Virus record (IMG/VR): IMGVR_UViG_3300023109_001684
Direction: 5' to 3' (one strand)
Source: a virus
Length of the DNA stretch: 64,000 nt
Shown here one piece after another: positions 19,233 to 29,219 of this stretch (within the stretch, counting starts at the first letter, position 1; every line of letters starts with the position of its first letter). The notes under the pieces were generated by a model, which worked only from the letters and a program-made list of their open reading frames with translations, was not told where the DNA came from and searched no databases. The translations under genes were made by a program, and so were the position numbers.

Positions 19233-20120
19233 TTACCCTCGAGTTTTTAATTCTTCTACCTCTTTAGTAAGAGTTTTAACAGCTTCAATCAAATAAGCCG
19301 TTAGCTTTGTATACTGGATACCATTTCCTTGTACTACATTAGGTAAAATCTTTTCAACGTCTTCTTTAATTAGACCAGCTTCCATTTTACTTGAACCATC
19401 TTTACGATCGTACGTTACACCTGCAAGTTGCATGATAGCGTCTAATGCATTATTAATTGGATTAACATTCTCTTTGAGTGTTATACTCGAAGTCTCTGTA
19501 ATAGTTGAAGCAACTAAGGTTGCAAATGTTCCGTTAGCGGCACTTGCACTACCAATAGTAGTTCCGTCTATATTACCAGCATTTATATCAACAGTTGTAA
19601 GTGTACTTGTTCCTGTTGCACTTATACCAGTTACAGATATATTATTAACATTTAATGTGCCTGAACTTGGTGTAAATTCTATTTTATCATTACTATATGT
19701 TAGTGAATTAATACTTCCATCGTCAGCATCAGCATCATCCATTAAGGCGACATAATATGCGCCTGTTGACGTAGTATTATTATTTGCTTCTATACTAAAG
19801 TCTCCGAAGCTTACAGTGCCACCAGTGTCTACTAGCATTGCATAGCCGTTTGCTGCTGGTGCTGCTGCTGGCATAGTTAAAGTATACGATGTAACATCAT
19901 TTGGTGCTTTAATGCCAACGTATGCACTAGTATCAGCATCACCAAGTCGAAGTTCGCCTTGGGCATTAAGTTGCAAATGGCTATTACATTTTGTAATACC
20001 TGATCCGTTTGCATCTAAAATAATATCGATATTAGTTTCGATAGATTTTAGAGTATTTTCTTCGGCAGTAAGTGTACCTAATATCGGTCCACCTTGAATA
20101 CCTGTTGTAATTCTACGCAT
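19233..20120 (-). CDS. Tail fibre/spike protein with C-terminal S74 intramolecular chaperone
   Basis: TSSITLKENV...ALDAIMQLAGVTY...GLI.EDVEKILPNVV...YTKLTAYLIEAVKTL. Confidence 0.8.
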   Translation of the reverse strand: MRRITTGIQGGPILGTLTAEENTLKSIETNIDIILDANGSGITKCNSHLQLNAQGELRLGDADTSAYVGIKAPNDVTSYTLTMPAAAPAANGYAMLVDTGGTVSFGDFSIEANNNTTSTGAYYVALMDDADADDGSINSLTYSNDKIEFTPSSGTLNVNNISVTGISATGTSTLTTVDINAGNIDGTTIGSASAANGTFATLVASTITETSSITLKENVNPINNALDAIMQLAGVTYDRKDGSSKMEAGLIKEDVEKILPNVVQGNGIQYTKLTAYLIEAVKTLTKEVEELKTRG

Positions 20121-20129
20121 ATCTACTCC

Positions 20130-20450
20130 TTATACTGTTGGTGTTTCTATGCCGTAAATAACTGCTGATACATCAGTGCTATTGCTTCTTATAACAATAA
20201 CTTTGTTTGCATCTACAACTATTCCGCCACGTTCTAGTACACCGTTACCAATTAATGCAGTGTCATATTCAATGAAATCAGCTAATGCTGGTACTGCGCC
20301 ATCAGATATTGCAATTCTTACTGCTCTATCTTGACCGTTACGATTTGCAACATTAACTGTTATAACACTAAAAGTATCAGCTGGAACAGTGTATACTGCT
20401 GTGTCTGTTGCAGCGGCTAAGTCTGCTCTTCCTAAAACTCCGGTTGCCAT
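20130..20450 (-). CDS. Small virion protein (paralogue of 35134..35463 and 45504..45884)
   Basis: VYTVPA..SVITVNVAN pattern; follows a giant fibre gene. Confidence 0.65.
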   Translation of the reverse strand: MATGVLGRADLAAATDTAVYTVPADTFSVITVNVANRNGQDRAVRIAISDGAVPALADFIEYDTALIGNGVLERGGIVVDANKVIVIRSNSTDVSAVIYGIETPTV

Positions 20451-20462
20451 GTCTTTCTCCTA

Positions 20463-23400
20463 TTATCTCAACATATAGTTCAATGCTAAAGGTATACCTG
20501 TTACAGATTTTGTAAAGTTTACGTTTGCATTGATATTTATTAGTTCTCCACTCACAGTGGTTATTTGGTTGGTATTTATGAATATGTCACCAGCTGTAAC
20601 ACTGTTAACATTAAGTGACGCACCACCGCCACCAATTTGTGCTTCGATATATGCTTTAACTGCTCGCTGTGTTGGTACAACACTATCGCTATTTGCAGTA
20701 AAGAATGGATCTGTACTAAATTCAGTAATTGAAGCTGAGTTACCGCCTAGTGTAACTGTTCCTAGTGATAGTTCTTGTAGACCAGCAATATTAAATGCTT
20801 CAGCATCAAGTGTAGCAACACCTGTTGCCTGTTCAATACTAAACAAGTCGCCAACTCTAAAGTTACCATCTTGGTCAGTTGCTGTGAAGAATACTCGTCC
20901 ACCTGCACTATCAGTAGTTTCTTTATTTTGATCTGGCAAGTTAACCGGCGGACCATTTACTTCATTTGGATAGTTTGAATCAGCAAAGTTACCTGTTCCG
21001 ATATCTAAGAAGTCATGTCCTGTTAATCGTACCTGACTAAATCTAATTCTTAGTTCTAATTCAGTACCTTCAGCTGGTGCTTCGTCAATTTCTAATGTTG
21101 GCGAAACTTGTAAGAATCCAGTAAAGCTACCTTCGTTAGTTCCTCTAAAGCTAACAGTATTAACAAGTTTAAATACTCTTCCAGGCAAACTTGTAAATTC
21201 AATATTAGAACCTGCTACTGGTCTTGAACTTAGTCTCTTAACAGCTACAAATGCTCCTGATTGGAAGAAGTCTGCAGATCCATTAGATGCATTTTCATTT
21301 ACATCTGATGTTGCTGTAATAAATCCTGTTCCTCTATTTGCAAAAGTAGGATTAGCAAGTAGTCCAGTTCCTACACGTACTTGTATGTTTACATCTTCAG
21401 TATTGTTAGGATCAGTTACAGTAATTGTTGGAGTACTTGTATAGTTTGAGCCTGGCTCTTCTAGTCTAATAGCAAATACTTGCTCATTTGAAGTACTTGC
21501 ACGACCTCTTGCTTGAACTCCTAATCTAACATTCATTACATCAGCAGTAATGCCAGAACCTATTGCTACAAATTTTGGTGTCTTATCTGGGTTACCAAAT
21601 GCAATTGCACCGCCTGCACTAAAGTTAAAGCCTGCGCCGCCTTCAGTTGCCCATGTTAGCCCATATTCAGAATATGTTAGTTCATTAGAGTTACTAGTAA
21701 CAGCAAACATTCCTTGTCCGTAAGCAATTTTACTATATGTACCAGTTGGTAAATCTTGTTGTGTCCAAGATACACCGTCTAAACTGTATGCTGCTGTTCC
21801 GTCTGTAGCAATAGCAATAAATCTACCATTACCCCACGATATGTCTATCCACGGTGCGCTTGGCAATCCGGTACCTGCACTCCAAACTAATCCGTCCGCA
21901 GAGTACATTGTATCTGTTGTACCGCTTCTAAGAGCTACAAATTTTCCTGCTCCATTTGCTAGTGCAGAATAGTTTGTACCAGTAAGAACTGTGCCTGTAG
22001 TTGACCAAGTAACGCCGCCGTTGTCACTATACACAACGTCAGTATCATTACCACTAATTGCAATAAATCTACCAAGGCTTTCTGCAACTTGTCCAAATGC
22101 AACCATTGATGCACCTGCTGTTGCAAATGTACCTGGTAACGTAACACTAGTCCATGCTACACCATCTAAACTATATGCAGCAGGGCCGCCTTCGGATATT
22201 GCTATAGCAACACTTTGTTTAAATGTTGACGATCCGTCATCTATTAGTCCACTTGTAATATTATCCCAAGAGTTACTTGCTCCAGCATCTGGTAATGAAT
22301 TTGAAACCCACGTAACACCGTCAACACTATATGCGCCGCCGATATTAGCATCTGGTATCGCAACAAATACTCCTTTTTGTCCGTAGCCGCTAAAGTCAAA
22401 GTCTACAACAGCTCCGTTTACATCAACAGTAGTAATTGTAATTACTAGATCATTTAATGGAGTTGCACCACCTAATGACGTACCTGGTATTTCACAATGA
22501 TTTAGTCTTCCGTAGCCTGCACCACCTTGGTTAAGAGTTACATAGTACTTTTCACCATTACGTGTTACATCAAATGTTGCTCCAAGACCATCAGATTCTG
22601 TTAATGTTACTACATTAGTATATTGCGCCGATGTAGTAACATATGTTGCATCAGTATAAGTATTTGAAGTTATAGTTGCTTGTGTTGCAGTATTTGTCGG
22701 AGCACTAAATGCTACTGCTGGTTCAATTTGATATGTTGTTGTAGCATTTGGAGCAACAATAGGTGTTCCAGGAACAACATGATTCCATTCAGTAACTGTT
22801 ACTTCTTTAGTACCAGCATCGTATGTTTGAATAATAGCATACTGTCCATTACCTGCACCACCTACAAGCTGTATTCTAGTTCCAGGGTATGCTGAACTTA
22901 AATTACCATCTGTTGCTGATATAAATATTCCTGTTAAGCTTCCTGACTGTGCAACGTTTGACACTGTTGTATAACCAGCACCACCTGTTGTAACACCTTC
23001 AGTTTCACTAGGAATGATTCTACCTTCAAATACGCCTAAGTCTCTAAATTCGTCTGTAATTACAACTTCGTTTGAACCGCCGCCGAATATTTCAAGTTCA
23101 GCTTCAGTATAATCATTACCTGCATGTGTAAATTCTATGTTAAGTATTTGGTTAGCATCTGTGTTAACTAATCCTACAGTAGCGTTATACTGTGTAAGAT
23201 TGTCAACAACAGCTGATGTTGCAGTTTCTTCTGGATCAACACCTTCTGCTACAGAACCAAATTTACCGTATGAATTGTTACCGTTTGTAGCACGTACTCT
23301 ACCGCCGGACTCTGCCAAGTATCCCATGTGTGAGTAGTATGTAAACACTGACACAAGTTCTGCTCTACCGTTGTTAAGAATGTGTGCGCCAATACCGTCA

Positions 23401-26400
23401 CTTATGACTTGTGTAAAGTCGTTACTAACAATTGAATCATTACCGCCGTTATGCAATGCACCGTCAATTCTTTGACCAGTTGCACCAAATCCGAATGTTG
23501 TACAGTTTTGTACATACGGTGAACGTGCAGTAATCCATACACGTTTATCATCTGGACCCCAACCTGGATCAAGTGATGCATATGCTCCTGCTGTTGGTCT
23601 ACGTGTTCCGTATATATTACTTGCACCTAGATCACCATTTAGACCTTGCATAGTTTGTAGTCTTAATCCTGTACCATTACGTAAGTAATAGAAATCTTCT
23701 TCTTGCGATCCTATCATTGCATTTACATAATATCTTGCTGCAAGTCTTGTTTTATAAGCAGCAGGACGATAAACTACAACATCGTTAGTGTAAGTTCTCT
23801 TCCATTCCTGGCCCCATACTAGATCCCATTTCATAGCATTAATATATTCTTTAATATCTCTAGCACAAATAGCTCTATTATATGTATATGCTGTTTTTAC
23901 AATAAACTGGTTATTTGTTCCGTCTACTTGTACATACACGCCGCCTACTGTATTTGAAACAGCAAACTCAGTAGCACTAAAGACATCAGCAACATAAAAC
24001 TTATTATTTAGGAAGAAGTTAGTATTTGTTAAAATATTATTTGGATTTTCAAATGCTATTTCCATTCCAACTTTTAGCCAACCTGTATCTGCAACAGTAA
24101 GTGTATACAGATCTACTCCGCCTGATGCACCACCAATTGTTACAGTAGTATCAGTTACAGTTGACCTAAAGTAATCATTGACATATGCTATTGCTTCGTC
24201 TACAATAAATTCTTTATTCACCTCTAGTTGTCTAACAGCATTATAAACTTCAATATCGTCTGTTTGTCTATTACCACCTTCATTTGATCCTGCCCAGATT
24301 GTATCTTGTACTAGATCCCATGTTTCATTAATTCCAGTAATAGCTGTAGCTTCAGAAATTTCTGCAACAGCTAGTCCTAGCGCAAATTGATTTGCTGCTA
24401 TTGTTGCTGTTTTTTGCGGACCTGTTACTTTATTACTAGTTCTACGTAAGTAAGACAAGCCTGCATTAACACTTGCATAGTTTGTTCCTAGCATCCAATC
24501 ATATCTAGCAGCATCAATTATAAGTCCTAAATCTCTAGAACACTTAGCATGATCGTATTTAAAGTCATTGTATGTATTTGTAATAAACTGAATTACATTT
24601 AATATTACGTCTGATCTACTATTGTCAATAGTTGTTTTAGCAGTTGTAAATTCAGCATCTGCCCATGTTACACTTGGATATGACACTGCGCCTAATACTG
24701 CCGACAATGTTGTAGTACCGTCAATTACATCACTAACTGTTTCTACAAGTGCTTGAACTGCACTTCCTTCAGTTGCACTTGCTGGTGTTCCTAGTGTAGT
24801 TTGTAGTGTAGTATTTCCAGTTTGTGCAGTTACAGAAGTCTCTTGTACGATATCTGACATAATGCTTGCTAAGTGATTGTAAGCTGCTGCTGTTTCTGTA
24901 GTTTGACCATCTACTTGTATTGTTCCGTTTACAAAATAAGATTCACAAATTCTACTAGTAGCTTGGTTACCGCCATATAAGATATCATAACTTGCTGCGT
25001 TAACAATGTATTCTACATCTCTTGCACACTTAGTACTATCATAAACTAAAGAACCATAGTTTTGTGCAATATACGCAATAACATCATCTTTCATAAAAGC
25101 AATGTTTGCTTGTAAGTTATCTTTTGCATCTACTTTATTTTGGTCAACGCCTGTTGGGCTTGGTAATACTAATGCATTAACTGTGCCGTCTCCTGGCATT
25201 GCTGTACCTAACGACCCGTTTTGGATAATATCAACTATTTCGTTATATGCAGTATTAAGTCTAGTTAAGTCATTGCCAGAACCAAGTAAAACTCTATACT
25301 GATCTCTAGCATTTCTAATAGCACCTACAGTTTCAACTCTTTGGTTTTGTAGATTGTATGCATTATTTGGGCGCTGATAAGCAATACCGTTAAATGTAGC
25401 GTTATAGTTTGTACCAAGCGCAATATCATATGCTGTATCAGTAATAATGTTTGTTAAGTCTCTGCGGCACTTTGCACTATTATATTTAAAGCTACCAAAG
25501 TTTGCATTTATAAAGTCAATTGTTTTTTCTTGTATAACTGGTAACGCTGCAACTAAGTTTGTGCTATCTGATTGTAATCCAACTGAAGCACCTGCAACAC
25601 TTGGATATGTTATCGATGCAGCTGAGATACCGTTAGTGACCGCAGGTATAACTGTATTATTAAACAATGCTGCAATAGCGTTTGATACTGTTGCATTACC
25701 TGGCTTACCACTAATTTGTGTTACGCCTGTTTGATATGTTGGAGTAACTGTAATATCACGTCCTACTGTTTGTAATAAATCACGCAAGTATCCGTAAGAT
25801 GCAATAGTAGCAAGCTTTTGCGGAGTGTCAATACTTACATCGTCAATATCAACAATACCTGCTGCATCAGTTTCAAAAATAATTTCTGTTTGCAATGCAG
25901 TAGCAGTAAACGTATACGAAACACTGCTTGTAGATGTAAGATCTATTGCAGTAGCTAATGCTGTGTCTGAATTTGGATTTCTTGCAAATACACTTGCTCC
26001 GTCAGCAGTATGAGTAACTGAAACGTTTACTGTATATTCTTGACCTGGCGTAGTATAAACAGTTTGCAATGCAGTACCTGCAGTTCCACCGGCAGCAACA
26101 AGTTCGTTACCTGTTATTGCAAATGCACCATTTGTAATAGTCCAATCAGTTGTAGTTGCAAAATCGCCGTTAGTTATTAAACCAGTTATTTTATTAACAT
26201 TTCCACTACCGTCATAGTATGATTTAGTAGCATTATATGTCTGCCAGTTGCCGCCATAAACTAGATCGTATGCAACTGCATCTATTATAAATCCAACATC
26301 TTGTTTACATTTTGTTTTACCATATTCAAGATTTGGATATTGATCTGCAATATATGCAATAATTTCTTCTTGTATAAACTCTTTGTTAGAAGCATTTAGT

Positions 26401-29186
26401 TCTATTGCATAACCGTACTCTGGTACACCTAACTCATGTGGCTTAGGTAAAATAGCATTTTCTTTAATACCTGTTCCAATTGCAACTCTGTCAGCAATAT
26501 TTCTTGCTAGGCGCTTTGTTTCAGTAGCTACAGGAGTAGTTTCTGCGTAAGGCCACGTAACATCTTGTGTTGTTGTATTGCCTGTAGTTGGAGTAACTGC
26601 TGAACCTATTACAACATCTCCTACAATTGCTTCAATTCTTTTAATTGCTTGGTAACTGTAGCTGATGTCTTTTTTGTCTGTTAATGTACTATTAATAGTT
26701 GTTCTTGGCTGTACATTAGTAGAACGAAGTTCGTCTCCTATAATACAGCATTCTGCTGGAACAACAATTGGAAGTACTTCGTAGTACTTTCCGGTTGACA
26801 CTTTAATTAATGTATTTCTAATTAATCTTTCAGGTATATTAGTAGCAACACCTGCTGTTATTGCATCTGTAATAATCTTTGCTAGACCTTGAATGTCTGC
26901 ATAAACACTTTCTGTTCTTAGTAATTCATTAGTAAACTGTACTGATACTCTAGTACTATTATCGCCATTTGTTGTTTGATAGTTAACTGCTGGCGCTGTT
27001 TGATCTAATATATTTTCAATTAAAGTAATGCCGTAATTTATAGAAGCATTAGTTTCAGCTTTTTGTGTTAAGTATGGTGATCCTACTGTATCATTTACAT
27101 AAGATAATGCTGCTTCTCTAGAACGTACATTACCGCCGTGTGTAATATCCCAAATTAGAGCATCAACGATTAGACCCATATCTCTTTCACATTTTTCTGT
27201 CTTGTAATCAAATGCTGTAGTAAATGGTGCAAGGTTATTTGTTATTTGGTACTGTGTCCATTCAACAATTTCTCTTTGTATAAATCTTCTGTTAAGTTCT
27301 AATAACTGTGCTGCATCTGGATTTCTAGCACCTTGCTCAACTTGCTGTGCTGCATACTTAATTGTTTTATAAGGTTTATCAATTGTTGTACCATAAATTG
27401 GAGCAGGTAAATCTAAACCGTGTTCTGCAACATAATAAACATCAGCAGTAGAACCAATAAATGCCCATTCCGGAATACCAGTTGAACTTACTGTTAATAC
27501 TTGTCCGTCTCTACCTACTGGTAGTCTAGTTGGTGCTGAACCACTATAATAAACTAGGTCGCCTTTGGTTGTAAGTACACTAGACTCTGAACCAATTGCT
27601 AATGCACTCCAAAACTGTCCGCTATCTGCTAAGTCTGGGCGTGATCCTTCAGCACCTGAGCTTAGTGAACTATAATCGTCGCCTTCTGAAATATGTCCTA
27701 ATATACATACATATGAATTGTCGCCATAACGTACAACATCACCTTCGTAATACTGTGCATCATCTCTCCACTCACCTCTCCACTCAAAACCGTAGTTTAA
27801 TCTTGTCCAATAAACTTCGTTAGGTGGTATTTGGTTTTGGTGATCTGCAATACAACGATATGTATAGCCGCCGTGTCTTACAACGTTACCTACTTGATAT
27901 TCGTATTGTGACGAATCTGCTCCCCAGTCGCCGATGAATTTAAATCCTTCAGTAAATAGGTCCCAGCTTGCTGGAACAACAGTTGGTCGATCATTTTCGT
28001 TATCTGTTTTACTAATATACTGGTTACCACCGTAGCGTACAATGTCGCCTGGTTGGTAAACACCATTATATGCCCATTCATTTTCAAATTGGAAGCCTTC
28101 TACAAACTTTTCCCAGTTTGCACTATCGTCTGTAAATGCAGCAGCACTTGTATGATAGCTAGTTGCAATCCATAAGCTCGCACCGTACTTTACAACATCA
28201 TTAACAAGATATTTTCTACTTGTAAGCCATTCATTTTGATAGCGGATACTTTGATTAAATGCGTCCCACTTTATTAAGTCATTTTCTAAACCTAAGCCTG
28301 TGCCAATTCCTGTAGACTGGTGCGGATCGATACAAACAAAACTTGCACTACCGTACTTAACAAAATCACTTAAACGGTAATGGAAATCTTCGTGCCATTC
28401 GCCCTTCCAATCTAATCCATCAGCAAATACATTCCAATTGGCTAAATCTGTTTCTAAACCTAAGCTAATAATTTCTGCACTTGCATTGCTGCTCATGCCA
28501 GCATGTTGATAGCAGAAATAATGAAGTGTGTCTGGAGCGTCATCTGGAACAGTAATACGCATTTCTCTAGTAGTAGCAGCAGCAAATCCTGCATCGTATG
28601 CTGCGGCATCAACTACTTCGACAGCATCTAGGAAATATGTTACACCGTCAGTATATATTGCTCCGCTGTTGTGTGTTCCGTCTTTAGTAGTACTAATAAC
28701 CATTGGATGTCTAGCAACGCCGGCACCAGCGAATAAGTTAGTAGCACTATTTTGCTGCCATATATATGTGTTGCCTCTTACCATTTGAATGTCTGGAGCC
28801 GCAACGCCGTCTATATAAAATACGCCGTTACTTACATTAGGGTCGTCTGCTACTGTGATTACATATGTTTCGGAGTCGGACTGTGTGGTAGAAGTATGAA
28901 TGGCATCACAAATATATAACCTTGCACCGTACTTTACAATATCATTGTACACATATGATGTGCCGTTGGACCAGTCACCCTTCCAAGTTTGACCATCACT
29001 AACTAAATTCCACTTTGTCGGAACTACATCTAAATCTGTAAAAAAGTTAGCATCACTGCTATGTCCTTCTACACATATATACGCTTTCCCACCAAAAGCA
29101 ATTACGTCATCCTTGTAGTAAACAGTGCCTGTGGTCCAGTCACCTTTCCATACAAAGCGTATTCTACCTAACTTAAATTCTGCCAT
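20463..29186 (-). CDS. Giant (2907 aa) multidomain virion fibre/baseplate protein
   Basis: N-terminal W..Y..DVV.YG..Y.C...H repeats (CBM5/12-like), cupredoxin-like insert, beta-helix-like region, six C.(R/Q)D helical repeats, CBM-like insert and Asp-box YSxDGxxW repeats. TAAATA at 29210-29215 and GGAG RBS. Confidence 0.85.
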   Translation of the reverse strand: MAEFKLGRIRFVWKGDWTTGTVYYKDDVIAFGGKAYICVEGHSSDANFFTDLDVVPTKWNLVSDGQTWKGDWSNGTSYVYNDIVKYGARLYICDAIHTSTTQSDSETYVITVADDPNVSNGVFYIDGVAAPDIQMVRGNTYIWQQNSATNLFAGAGVARHPMVISTTKDGTHNSGAIYTDGVTYFLDAVEVVDAAAYDAGFAAATTREMRITVPDDAPDTLHYFCYQHAGMSSNASAEIISLGLETDLANWNVFADGLDWKGEWHEDFHYRLSDFVKYGSASFVCIDPHQSTGIGTGLGLENDLIKWDAFNQSIRYQNEWLTSRKYLVNDVVKYGASLWIATSYHTSAAAFTDDSANWEKFVEGFQFENEWAYNGVYQPGDIVRYGGNQYISKTDNENDRPTVVPASWDLFTEGFKFIGDWGADSSQYEYQVGNVVRHGGYTYRCIADHQNQIPPNEVYWTRLNYGFEWRGEWRDDAQYYEGDVVRYGDNSYVCILGHISEGDDYSSLSSGAEGSRPDLADSGQFWSALAIGSESSVLTTKGDLVYYSGSAPTRLPVGRDGQVLTVSSTGIPEWAFIGSTADVYYVAEHGLDLPAPIYGTTIDKPYKTIKYAAQQVEQGARNPDAAQLLELNRRFIQREIVEWTQYQITNNLAPFTTAFDYKTEKCERDMGLIVDALIWDITHGGNVRSREAALSYVNDTVGSPYLTQKAETNASINYGITLIENILDQTAPAVNYQTTNGDNSTRVSVQFTNELLRTESVYADIQGLAKIITDAITAGVATNIPERLIRNTLIKVSTGKYYEVLPIVVPAECCIIGDELRSTNVQPRTTINSTLTDKKDISYSYQAIKRIEAIVGDVVIGSAVTPTTGNTTTQDVTWPYAETTPVATETKRLARNIADRVAIGTGIKENAILPKPHELGVPEYGYAIELNASNKEFIQEEIIAYIADQYPNLEYGKTKCKQDVGFIIDAVAYDLVYGGNWQTYNATKSYYDGSGNVNKITGLITNGDFATTTDWTITNGAFAITGNELVAAGGTAGTALQTVYTTPGQEYTVNVSVTHTADGASVFARNPNSDTALATAIDLTSTSSVSYTFTATALQTEIIFETDAAGIVDIDDVSIDTPQKLATIASYGYLRDLLQTVGRDITVTPTYQTGVTQISGKPGNATVSNAIAALFNNTVIPAVTNGISAASITYPSVAGASVGLQSDSTNLVAALPVIQEKTIDFINANFGSFKYNSAKCRRDLTNIITDTAYDIALGTNYNATFNGIAYQRPNNAYNLQNQRVETVGAIRNARDQYRVLLGSGNDLTRLNTAYNEIVDIIQNGSLGTAMPGDGTVNALVLPSPTGVDQNKVDAKDNLQANIAFMKDDVIAYIAQNYGSLVYDSTKCARDVEYIVNAASYDILYGGNQATSRICESYFVNGTIQVDGQTTETAAAYNHLASIMSDIVQETSVTAQTGNTTLQTTLGTPASATEGSAVQALVETVSDVIDGTTTLSAVLGAVSYPSVTWADAEFTTAKTTIDNSRSDVILNVIQFITNTYNDFKYDHAKCSRDLGLIIDAARYDWMLGTNYASVNAGLSYLRRTSNKVTGPQKTATIAANQFALGLAVAEISEATAITGINETWDLVQDTIWAGSNEGGNRQTDDIEVYNAVRQLEVNKEFIVDEAIAYVNDYFRSTVTDTTVTIGGASGGVDLYTLTVADTGWLKVGMEIAFENPNNILTNTNFFLNNKFYVADVFSATEFAVSNTVGGVYVQVDGTNNQFIVKTAYTYNRAICARDIKEYINAMKWDLVWGQEWKRTYTNDVVVYRPAAYKTRLAARYYVNAMIGSQEEDFYYLRNGTGLRLQTMQGLNGDLGASNIYGTRRPTAGAYASLDPGWGPDDKRVWITARSPYVQNCTTFGFGATGQRIDGALHNGGNDSIVSNDFTQVISDGIGAHILNNGRAELVSVFTYYSHMGYLAESGGRVRATNGNNSYGKFGSVAEGVDPEETATSAVVDNLTQYNATVGLVNTDANQILNIEFTHAGNDYTEAELEIFGGGSNEVVITDEFRDLGVFEGRIIPSETEGVTTGGAGYTTVSNVAQSGSLTGIFISATDGNLSSAYPGTRIQLVGGAGNGQYAIIQTYDAGTKEVTVTEWNHVVPGTPIVAPNATTTYQIEPAVAFSAPTNTATQATITSNTYTDATYVTTSAQYTNVVTLTESDGLGATFDVTRNGEKYYVTLNQGGAGYGRLNHCEIPGTSLGGATPLNDLVITITTVDVNGAVVDFDFSGYGQKGVFVAIPDANIGGAYSVDGVTWVSNSLPDAGASNSWDNITSGLIDDGSSTFKQSVAIAISEGGPAAYSLDGVAWTSVTLPGTFATAGASMVAFGQVAESLGRFIAISGNDTDVVYSDNGGVTWSTTGTVLTGTNYSALANGAGKFVALRSGTTDTMYSADGLVWSAGTGLPSAPWIDISWGNGRFIAIATDGTAAYSLDGVSWTQQDLPTGTYSKIAYGQGMFAVTSNSNELTYSEYGLTWATEGGAGFNFSAGGAIAFGNPDKTPKFVAIGSGITADVMNVRLGVQARGRASTSNEQVFAIRLEEPGSNYTSTPTITVTDPNNTEDVNIQVRVGTGLLANPTFANRGTGFITATSDVNENASNGSADFFQSGAFVAVKRLSSRPVAGSNIEFTSLPGRVFKLVNTVSFRGTNEGSFTGFLQVSPTLEIDEAPAEGTELELRIRFSQVRLTGHDFLDIGTGNFADSNYPNEVNGPPVNLPDQNKETTDSAGGRVFFTATDQDGNFRVGDLFSIEQATGVATLDAEAFNIAGLQELSLGTVTLGGNSASITEFSTDPFFTANSDSVVPTQRAVKAYIEAQIGGGGASLNVNSVTAGDIFINTNQITTVSGELININANVNFTKSVTGIPLALNYMLR

Positions 29187-29219
29187 TTGTTCTTAACTCC
29201 AGTTATATATATTTATCCA

